A program made the translations under genes and the position numbers. The notes below the pieces were generated by a model. It made no database searches and was not told where the DNA came from. It was given only the letters and a program-made list of their open reading frames with translations. 64,000 bases of DNA, taken from Antedon mediterranea. Lineage: Eukaryota > Animalia > Echinodermata. How positions within the stretch are numbered: the stretch's first letter is position 1; the number at the start of each line of letters is the position of its first letter. Below are positions 41,428 to 52,500 of the stretch, in pieces. The DNA lies in NCBI RefSeq assembly GCF_964355755.1, contig NC_092677.1:18312101-18376100 (forward strand), written 5' to 3'.

Positions 41428-41534
41428 GCAACTGTCTGTGCTTGTGAAGTAACAGTTTCTGCCTCATCAGACCAAGCAGAAGAACCCATTAGTACTAGTA
41501 GTAGCAGTAGTACTGCATGAAATGATCGTCGCAT
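41428..41534 (-). CDS. Probable first coding exon of the EGF-TM gene: signal peptide MRRSFHAVLLLLLVLMGSSAWS/DEAETVTSQAQTV
   Basis: AAAATG context, classic n/h/c signal regions and a GTAAGT donor at 41427. It ends in phase 2 while the next found exon is phase 1 (unresolved). Confidence 0.55.
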
Positions 41535-41996
41535 TTTTAATAACTAGGCCTAGGCCCTATGTATTTATAGAAAAAAATAGAGAATTGACGTTAAACAAAA
41601 GTTTAGTCAGATAACTAGGGGTTTTCCGACTGTGGTACACACACCCTGTCTATGATTGTCCATTTTAAAGCATATACCTGCATCAAATGAAAGAGCAAAT
41701 GGCAAATGGCACTACCGGCTGCCTAGGCTAGCTAGGCCTCTATCTAGGCGCTAGGCCTGGCCTGGCCTAGCCTATATATCCTACTACTACCTACTACTAC
41801 TAGGCCTAGGGCCTAGGCCTAGACCCTTCTCGAATTAATAAATAATAATAATAGCTCTTCCGGAACAAATAGTTCCAAATATTATTTAGTACTATAATCA
41901 AATATCATAGCAATGTAATTAGGACAAATATCATTTATTTATTATTGTACTTAGTTCGGTTTGTCGTTCTGGTTCTGGTAGGATTAGATCCACTTC

Positions 41997-42401
41997 GGCC
42001 GGCCGCCGGCCGCGTAATTTTTTTTTCCAGAGGACGAACAACGTGGGCAGAAATCATGAATAATTCATGATTAATTATGACATAATAGAGAACATTATAG
42101 AGGGCGCTGTATAAGAATGCAGAGAGATTAAATAATTAGTGTAAACAACGTTTGCCAACCGAAATGTTTGTTCTAGTGGTAAAGGCTTTCACCTATTACG
42201 CTGAAGCCCTCGGTTCGAGGTCTTTCATGTACATGTTTTTTTTTTATAGTTGAGAGAGATTATTTAGAGGGTTAGGTTTAGTATATTTAGGAAATAGATC
42301 AGCTATCTTTCAATTCTTTATAATAGAAAATAATTAAGGTAATGAATTATTCATGACTTCTGCCCACGTTCGTCCTGGAAAAAAAAACACGCCGGCCGGC
42401 C
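41997..42401. mobile_element. Fold-back element with about 70-bp inverted arms bounded by GGCCGGCC
   Basis: TTTTCCAG..GACGAAC..CGTGGGCAGAAATCATGAATAATTCAT is mirrored at 42342-42400. Confidence 0.7.
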
Positions 42402-43647
42402 AGCGATTTTTTTTTTCGTACATAAGTTGGGGACCCCCTCATGAAACGTCACAAAATAAACATGAATAATTCATCAGTTAAATTTTCTTGTTCCGTGTGC
42501 ACCCAAGCGTATAGCAACAAGAAGTGATTACACAAGTGCGGTACGATTCTAGGCCTATCTCCGCTGTTGAAGAATAGCGGCGTTTTGTGTGGATTGTCGA
42601 AATAATCGGCCTTTAGTTTATGGTGTTTTTAATATAATTTATTACTAAAGAATTACGTGTTAAAATTATAGTTTCTATTAATACTATTAGGCCTAATTAT
42701 TAGTCTCTAAACCCATGTATATTCTAGTAGTAGCTGTGTGGATGTGTGTGACGTGTGTGTGTGTTAGGTATGACCAAAGATAGTTACACTATCTTTGGTA
42801 ATAGTTACACTATCTTTGGTATGACACAATCCGAGTAATAAGTCAGCAAAATTAAACAATAAACATTACACAAAAATACATTTTTTATTCTCGTGGGTCA
42901 AATCTTCCCATCTCATGTGTTCATATACGCGCATTTTTAAAGTTCCTTTGAGTACATTGCATATTGTTTGATAATTGATAGCAGAATTAAAAAAATACAG
43001 TACACAAATTAAACACATTCTTTATTCTTGTGGGTCTAAGCTTTCTTTGGGCTATGTCCAAGAACGCTTGGGTGCACACGGAACAACAACTGCGATACGA
43101 TTCTTTCTACAATAATAGGCCTAGGATTCTAGGTCAATTCACGTGATTGCCTTCGCGCACTCTTCTTCACACACACGTCCACTATGCAAAATGTGTCGAG
43201 GCTAATCGACAGCTAGGCAAGACATTAAACTAAGTAGTAATTGGACATAGCCCAAAGACACAAGTCACACACACCCACACAGCTACTACTGTACTAGAAT
43301 ATACAGGGGTTTAGAGACTAGTAATTAGGCCTAATAGTATCAATAGAAACTATAATTTTAACACGTAATTCTTTAGAAATAAACTATATTAAAAACACCA
43401 TAAACTAAAGGCTGATTATTTCGACAATCCACACAAAACTCCGCTATTCTATTATGAAATCGCACGCGGCAACCACAGCGGAGATAGGCCTAGAATCGTA
43501 CCACACTTGTGTAATCACTTCTTGTTGCTATACGCTTGGGTGCACACGGAACAAGAAAATTTAACTGATGAATTATTCATGTTTATTTTGTGACGTTTCA
43601 TGATGGGGTCCCCAACTTATGTACGAAAAAAAAAATCGCGGCCGGCC
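42394..43647. mobile_element. Large fold-back element with about 370-bp near-perfect inverted arms bounded by GGCCGGCC
   Basis: About 42404-42770 is the reverse complement of about 43262-43639 (for example CTTGTTCCGTGTGCACCCAAGCGTATAGCAACAAGAAGTGATTACACAAGTG). Confidence 0.85.
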
Positions 43648-44857
43648 ACAGACAATAATTATTTCGGCCACAGACAATAATACGACAATAGCAAAGAATA
43701 TATATCACAAGAATGAGTAATCCGCGATTTTCCCTGTAACAGTAATATTGTCCATGTGGTAGGGCGCCGCCATAAGTGTGGATGTATCTGGGATGTATAC
43801 AACTTTTTGTGAAGGTTTCACTAATCAAATGCTGGACCACCGGAGTATTTTCCGACGATAAAAATGTTATCAACTACATGCCAACATCATGTTAAATACT
43901 ATTTGAATATTTAATTGTTCGTTTTATGCAATTTTTAGTAAAAACTGCCGTATAAACAGTTTGATTTATCAACCGGGCGCTACGATAGCGTGACCGGGCG
44001 TGTTGGTGTTTACGCGTTTTCACGAAGGATAGTTTAATAATATTCCTATATTTAACTTGTTTCTGGTAAAACAAATAAATGTTAATGACATTTAACATTT
44101 TCTCCTATTAATAACATGTGTTTTATACTAATTTATATCATAAAAACAATACTTAATTTACCGGGCGTAGAGTAGTACACGGCAATGGTAAAGAATAGGC
44201 CGTGCTGAGTAATATTCGTTGATTTTTGGTGTTGCTGTGTTAGGCCTTTTTTGTGAACTAACTTAGCATGTTAGTAAATAATTGTCTGTAAAAGTGAATA
44301 AACATGAGTTTGTTAATAAATATGTATTATAAAATCGTTTACAATTGCAAAAACTATCATCATAATTGTCATGACATGACGTCATTTGTTTTCAATTTGT
44401 GAGTTGCGTGCCAGTGCGCGTACAATACGCAGGCTGAACGAAATCATATACAATTTGGTATCGTGTGAGATATTCATGCTGTGTAATCATCTTTATTTGT
44501 TATTTGGAACCCTTTGGGTGAGTTTAATTAGAATCGTTTATTAATATGTTTAGCCAGGAGTCTGCAGGGGCAGTCTTTGAGTTGTGTATACCTTTAAAAA
44601 ATTAGATATTTTATTGTTGTTAAAGTTCATATATCTAGGCCTCGCTTGACGTTATCACTTCGAGTCGAGTCGGCGTAGGTGACTACTTCTTCGCATGCAG
44701 CTAAAGTAAAATGACGTCACGTTAAAGCGTGTCGTCACAGAGTCTCATGCATATAATTATATGCAAAAGGGATGTTTGTCTCTGCTCTTTTGCGCGCTCA
44801 TGAATGTTTTCAGTGATAAATGATGGTGCGATCGGTGGTACGGAAAATAAAATTATT

Positions 44858-44957
44858 GGTTATCCGCACTTGGCGGATAACCTCTTGTTATTGTCAGGAT
44901 CTTTTTTTTTTTTGGTTATCCGCACTTGGCGGATAACCCCTTGTTATTGTCAGGATC
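44858..44957 (-). other. Tandemly duplicated terminal hairpin plus subterminal motif of the Helentron
   Basis: GGTTATCCGC-ACTTG-GCGGATAACC (10-bp perfect stem) at 44858-44882 and 44914-44938, each followed by CTTGTTATTGTCAGGATC(T)n. Confidence 0.7.
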
Positions 44958-44988
<31 letters not shown>

Positions 44989-47529
44989 TTTTTTTCTATG
45001 TTCTTCTTTCTTTCCACGAATTTTGTTCGCAGCGTATCTCTAATTCTGGCCACCATATGATTGTATAACTTTGTCAAAACATTGCCATGTAGCTGTAGAT
45101 GTGCAAGAAACTTTTTTTTCTAAATTTTGAGTCGCGCATTGTAAGTTACGCGCGATTTTATGAATTTCAATGATTGATCATAGATTAAAAACCAAAACTC
45201 ATTTTGTATTGAAACTTGGTGAAAATTTCAGTTATATCAATCGCAAACTTTCTATGGATTAAAAATGGCATGTTTAACAGAAAGTTACGCGCGCACGCGC
45301 GTTTAAAAATTCAAAATGCGAAAAATCAATTTCTAATCAACTTTCTACGCGTTTCATGTCATTTTGAGCATTTCATAAATTCCCACGCATGCGCAATTTT
45401 TTTACGCGCGCGTGCGCACGTTGCACAAAATGGTTTTTTTTTTTTTGATTTATGTTTTTTTCAGTCTTTTCTAGTAATTTTATCAACTTTTCAAACAATT
45501 TCGACTTAAAATCACGTAATACGAGCACATAGAATTGGACAATTTGCGCGCGTTTTTGATGAAAATTTACAAAAATTTGTGAAAATTATGCCTTTTTTTA
45601 AACAGTCATAGATTCTAAACTACGTGGTGAACTTTTTTTAAATTGCATATTCTGGAAGTAGATGAGTTGTAGATATCGAATCATGAATCAATATGGCTAA
45701 CCGGACATTGTGACGTCATCGTATGGCCACACGAATATAAAATATAGGATTTTTGTCTATTTCTTCATAGGCTATCTTATTTAATAGAGCGCATCTCCAC
45801 TTATTCGTATTCCATTTCCCCCCATTTTTGTTATATTGGCTAGGTCATCAATTATCTTTCGCATGATTCACCATTTTTAAAACTGTTATGATGTCATCAT
45901 GTTTAAAAGTGTGAAAAACTTGGGTCACTTATTTTCATCAAATTTTTAATTTCCATTAAAATTAAATATTATATAGCTCCCCAAAATGAAAAGTGAGACT
46001 CATGATTAAAACGTTTTCTGGAAGCTGTTGAATAGTAGATACAAATTCATGTACTCATTTTGCGCATCGGCTGTTGTGACGTCATCATATGACCAGTTTA
46101 AAAGTCGTTTTTTCATATATTGTGTCATAGTTCATGACTTTTAAAAGAGCGTGCATCCATATTCTACGTACCAAAATTAGTTCAACATATTGATATGTTG
46201 TTACTCAGATAATTCCCTTCCAAAATTGCTTTCTACGTGTTTCATTTTGATGACGTCATCATGTTAAAAATTTGAATAAAAAGCGGGTCCTGTTATTTTC
46301 ACCTATTCTGCCCTGTATGTAGTGTATATACAGTATATAGTGTATACTGTATATACTTAGACAAAATATAGAGGGCACACTTACATTTTATTTTCTTCAG
46401 GCCAAAATGGCATAATCGTTAATCGGAATATTCTAACGTAACCTAATTCGTCTATAGTGACGAGTTCAAATCTATTTTTTTTCTATATTATCCTTCTTTC
46501 TTTCCACCAATTTTGTTCGCAGCGTATCTTTAATTCTGGTCAACATAAGATTGTATAAATTTGTAGTAGACATGCCTTTATGTTTCTTTTTGATGACATC
46601 AAACAATATTGTTCCTGTAATTTCAGTTCTGCTATACACCATACTTCAGTACAACCAGTTACAGAATTATGTGTGAATAATAATAGCAATGTATTGTCTC
46701 CTTTGCTCTGTTTTTTGATCCAATGGAATCTCTGTCACAGTGAAACTTACTCCAATAGATATAATAGTTCTCATAAATCTAATATCATCACACCATAACT
46801 GTTAAAAATAATCTTTTATTTCAAAATAATTGAAGAAACCCCATAATAAGTATAAAATGTATGTATTTATAAAAGCTTTCATTGGTTATTGCAAATTGTA
46901 CCAAATTGTCAACATATAGTAGTCTGTTTATACTATACAGTAGTTTATTTTGTGATCAGTAATTTTACTTAGTACATTATATACATGTTAATTTGTCAGT
47001 TATGGATTCATTAAACTTATATTTATTGATCTATTTATAGAAGATTCTTATTTTTTTAACAATCATTAATGTAATTAATAATTTAATCATTTGCCGCGTT
47101 TAGACAATAGCTATGAAAGAGTCAATGACCGCATTACTGATTGCCTAAAAATCCGGATCCTATTATAATTGAAGAGATGCAACCATTCTATTCAACACCT
47201 AAAAACCAAAACAAAATAAATATATTATTTTTGCAAATGAGCAAATTTATTTTATTTATTTATTTTATTTTTAATCAGTTGACAACCAACAGCGATAAAA
47301 CCGCCACTAACAGGTTGAATCTAAATTAATGTATTAGTATTGGTAATCGTATAAAATAAAACGTATTTTCTTCTTCTGTAAAATGTAACTTTTTATTAAA
47401 TATGGAAAGATTATTATGTGCACAGATTGCAACATTGCATATTCAAATTCAGAACAATATATATAATAATATAACTCATATAAAAACAAGATTAAAATGT
47501 GTTTACTCACCGGATATTGTTTCTCCTAT

Positions 47530-49559
47530 TAGGTATCCCAATGTAAAAATTCAAATTAATGATGGTACTTTTTCTTTCAGTTAATCAGAAGGAACTTACT
47601 GAACATAAACTTTTGCAATTTAAATGATTGAAATCGGATTATCCATTCAAAAGTTATGGTCCGTTAAAGTGCCAAAAAAACAGTGATTTTTGCTTGAAAA
47701 ATGGCACTTTTTCTAATTATATTTGAACCCATTTTTGAAGGGTTATAACTTTTATACTAATAATTTTAAAGTTCTTATTTTTTCCAAACCCATAGATACA
47801 ACAGAGTTGTACAAGAAAAAATTTTTTTTGGGTGTCCTCGACATTTTTTTTTTTAGATATCGCCCTACAAATTTCGTCCGAGGGCTTTTTACGCGTGATT
47901 TTCCCAATGTCTCAAAAATGCCCAAAAAGTTCCTGTCTTTAAATGATTCATAACTTTTGAACCAATGTGTGAATTAACTTCTTTTTTTTGGCATTGCATA
48001 AAATGTAATATGTATTTTAGTAAGGTTATTTATATTGACAGGTAGGTAATTCTGAAATACAACATAAAATATTGTTAAAAAATGTTAAAATGTGAAAAAA
48101 AAAAATATTGCGTTAAAAAACTGTGTGGGTATTGTTTCTTTTCATTAAATATTATTTTTCGTAAGTATACATTTTTTTAATAATTCTAGTATTTGAAGTT
48201 ATATTTATAATCATATATTATTTAAATTGATTTTCGAACCGCCAAAAATAAGAATTAAGCCCGTGCTTATTATGTGTTCGATTCCATTTGGAGCGCCGGG
48301 CCGAACGTAGACTCGGCCGCGCCTACTACAAGTTACGATAGGCCCCTACTAGCTAGCAAGAAGGTCTAAATAAAAGCCTGACGCTAAATTCTGCCTAAGA
48401 AATATCGGGAAGAAATTTTTTATTTAACAAAGTAATTACCTCAATGGTATAATTGTAGCATGTTTAATTTTATTTCCCTTTCGATTATTCTAACCGAAAG
48501 TTGCACTTTGAATTGAAATATACGGAATAAAATTTAGGCCTAGAAACAGCGTAGACATACAACGGCAACACAGGCCAAAGCGCGTTTCGGCCGCCTACAT
48601 AGAATGGCTTACGGCCGCTGCATAGCAAAATCAAAGCTTCTTAAATTTCTTCGGTACATTTCTTCCTAACGTACTTGCTTTATATAGTAGATTTATAAAT
48701 ATTCCACTTATTAAATAATTTAATAAATTGGTAAAATTGACGTTTCGAAGCAAATATTCCATGAGAGGCGACATTTTTCGACATGCCTCGTGTGCGGCGA
48801 AGACTAGTTCAGAAAATGGAACAGTCCACTGCAGGGGTTATCCAATCATTAATTAACGCGCTAATACATGATTACCATGCACATTGTGTGGGCGACGATA
48901 ATTTAGTAATAAGCGGAGAACTGAATCGCCCCCGTAAGGAAAATGGTAAACACTGATATTTATGGTAGGGATTATTTTTTTCAGTGGTTGGTCTTGTTGG
49001 CCTCTTCGCACGAGGTCCACGCAAAGTCAAATAAAACGATGTGGTTTATCAAACAGAAATATAAATTAGCTTCAATTCAATACTAAATTAGCCAGATTTT
49101 GATAATGAGAAAGACTAAAAAATTCAATTTTTATCGTTAAAATTGACATTTGAGGCGGATGTACATAATAATAATAACCGATTTACATATCAAAATAAAG
49201 AGTATTTAAAGCCTGATAACATGCAACAAAAATTACTCCACCACCTATTATGGACCTCGTGCGATCGTGTTTTGAAAATGGGTAGGTGTTTTCCAAAGTT
49301 ATTTTTAGCGCGCGGATTTCGGCTCGCCGGCTTTTGTACCTCATTTTTAACTCGCGTTTTCTATTAAAATATTTAATAAACATAGATTAAAAATATATGA
49401 AAATAATCCCTTAAACAAGATCTTTCCAGACATATAATTTTTATTCACATGTGTATATCAGAAATAGTATATTTTTAACTTCAAAGACACGTCACTTTTT
49501 GAAATTTCACGAACGTGTTAAAATCGCGGTAACGAAAATCCGCTTCATTGGGATACCTA
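47530..49559. mobile_element. 2030-bp non-autonomous TIR element with a 7-bp TSD (hAT-related, hATw-like)
   Basis: CTCCTAT|TAGGTATCCCAATG ... CATTGGGATACCTA|CTCCTAT. The empty site is visible in the paralogous repeat at about 49950-49975. Confidence 0.85.
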
Positions 49560-52500
49560 CTCCTATATAGAAGAATGACATAGGTTGAAGTTACAGATTA
49601 TTCGCTGCCACTTGTGCATAGATAATGAATCGATTATTTTTGCAAATGAGTAAATTACTGTATTAGTAATTTAATGTGGACCTGGATAGATAGAAAAAAT
49701 AATATAAAAAAAATATACAACTGAAATTATGTATAGACCTAATGAAGTATTGGTAATCGTGTAAAACAAAGCGTATTTTCTTCTTCTGTAAAATGTAACT
49801 TTTTATTTTTAACATTACTTAAATACCGGTAGATATTGAAAGATTATTATGTGCACAGATTGCAACATTGCATATTCAAATTCAGAACAATATTTATAAT
49901 AATATAACTCACTTAACAATAAGATTAAAATGTGTTTACTCACCAGATATTGTTTCTCCTATACAGGAGAATGACATGGGTTGAAGTTACAGATTATTCG
50001 CTGCCCCTCTTGCATAGATAATAAATTGATTATTCTTGCAAATGAGTAAATTACTGTATTAGTAATTTCATGTGGACCTAGATAGATAAAAAAAAAGAAT
50101 ATAAAAAACAAGATTAAGATTAAGATTTCTCCTATACAGGAGAATGACATGGGTTGATGTTACAGATTATTCGCTGCCAATCGTGCATATTGAGAGTCAA
50201 ATGATTTTCAGCTTGTTTTTATCAAATTCGGTTTTTTTTCTTGATTTGTATCCAGTTTATTTTCAATTCTTAAAAAGTCTTTATAGTTTTCTCCTGAATG
50301 ATTTTCCTGTATATTATATATTAATATATTTTGACGTTCTTGACCACGCTTGCCCATATAGTGATAGGCCTAATAGTATTTCATTTGGGTTTTTCAGTTT
50401 TTCTACGTTTCATAATGTAAGAATGTAATGAACAATTTGAAATAATAATGCTATGGAAGTTCAATTTTTATTTACAGAAATATAATTCCAATACTTAAAA
50501 ACCATTGCTGCAATTAAAATTTAATTTGAATGGCTTCATGATAGCTATAATAAATTGGAATTACTTCAGCCTGTACTGAATCAAGACCTTTGCTATAAAC
50601 ATGATCAATCAATGTATTGTTTTCAGTTGTAGAACATGTAACATGTTGTTTGTACTCATTCTCTGCCATTAAATTATTCACTCTGGAAGATTGTTTGAAA
50701 AGATTTTCATTAAAATCACCAATTACAATACATTTTGTGCTCATTTTATGTAACTCTTCCAAATGTTTTCTCAAATTTTGACAGAACTGATTAATATCAT
50801 AACTTGGGGGTCGATAAATTACTGACACGGCAACAGAAATCGGACTTGTTATTAAAAATGAAACTGCTTCTATATCATTATTACATATTTTTAATCTGCT
50901 TGAAGACGTGTTCTTGGCATACACTGCAACACCACCATGAGCCTGATGTTTTATTTTGGAACTCAGATCATTTGTATTAGAATACGAATCATACCTTGCT
51001 TGGTGATACAATTTATACGGCTCAATGCGTACGTCAAAAACATCATCATCCTTGTTTAACCATGTTTCAGTTAGACATATGATATTAGAATTCATAAACA
51101 AATCATTACACTGAAGATCAACAAAATGTTGTTTAAGCCCTTGAATGTTATGTAACATTATTGAAAATCTAGAAGCCGAATCATGACCTTGTTTATCACA
51201 TTGTACGTATGAATCCATATTATTTAAGCACTTCTTTATGTTTGGATCACAATAAATCAGACTAGGTTTAAAATTTTCAATAGTAAGTCCAGTTATTGAA
51301 GTAACACGACTGAGGCCTACATATGCTTGTCCATGCGTAAAAGTATCTTTAAGACAAACCACTGCTTTATCCATTGTCATTCCTTGCACTTTATGAACTG
51401 TGCATGCATATGCTAATTTGAGAGGAAATTGTTTTCGACTGTATTTTTTTCCCATAGATTCTTTAAACATTTCAATTGCCTGAATACCAATGTCATTATT
51501 GTCAAATTTTACTTTAATAGATACTGGTTCGGTGTTATGATCAGGTTTGACTATTTCATCAACATGTCCCATACATCCATTCGTTAAGCCTTTTTTAACA
51601 TCTACATTTTTAATCAACATCACTCTGGCATTAATTGCAATCCACAAATAATTTAGTAAACTAGTTTGACGTGAATTCCGAGGTTTGTCACAATTTTTGC
51701 TCTGTTTCTTGCTATTTACTACACTATCTTCTGCTTTAATGCATACAATGTCTGTACAGGTTTTGTGCAACATTTTTTTATTCCATTCATCAACTTGTTT
51801 GTTGCGTGGGTAAATATGAACAGCATCTTCACATTGTTCACCTGTTTCACGTGATTTTAGAACTAATAAATCGTTATCAGACAAACAATCATGTTTTTCT
51901 TTTGTACGCAATTTGTTTAACAATAAAGCAAATTCTTTATCTTCTTTTTGCCTCATGATTTGATCTAACTGTACTTGCTTAAAGTTATCTATCCACAGTG
52001 AGCTTTCCAATGTGTCTTTATATAACGAACTGCCCATCACCGGGGGTAACTGATAAAAATCACCAACAGCAATTACTGAAATGTTACCAAATGGACTATC
52101 GTTGCGTACTTGTTTTATTTGCCTTAATCGTCCGTGGATATACCAAAGTAACCTTTGATTTACCATTGATATTTCATCTATAATAACAATTTGCAACTGA
52201 CCCAATTTATTACGAAGTGCACTTATTTTTTCTTCTCCAAGTGGTTGATACGGAAGTGAAATATTAATCGGGATAGACAAAGCGCTATGAATTGTTTGGC
52301 CTTTAATATTATATGCTGCGATTCCTGTAGGAGCTAATTTCAATATTGACAAATCATCGGGATTTTCCATAATCTTTCCAAGAATACGTGTCGCTTCATT
52401 ATAAATACAATTTACCAAATGACTTTTTCCTGTACCAGCGCCTCCAGTTATGAAAGTGTAAAATGCTTCAGGTTTTTTACCATTAACTTTGTCTAAACAC

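Noticed and set aside
42165-42225. tRNA gene (similar pieces near 2010, 13670, 16220 and 38430)
   Set aside because: Only A/B-box-like remnants with no full cloverleaf; more likely SINE heads.
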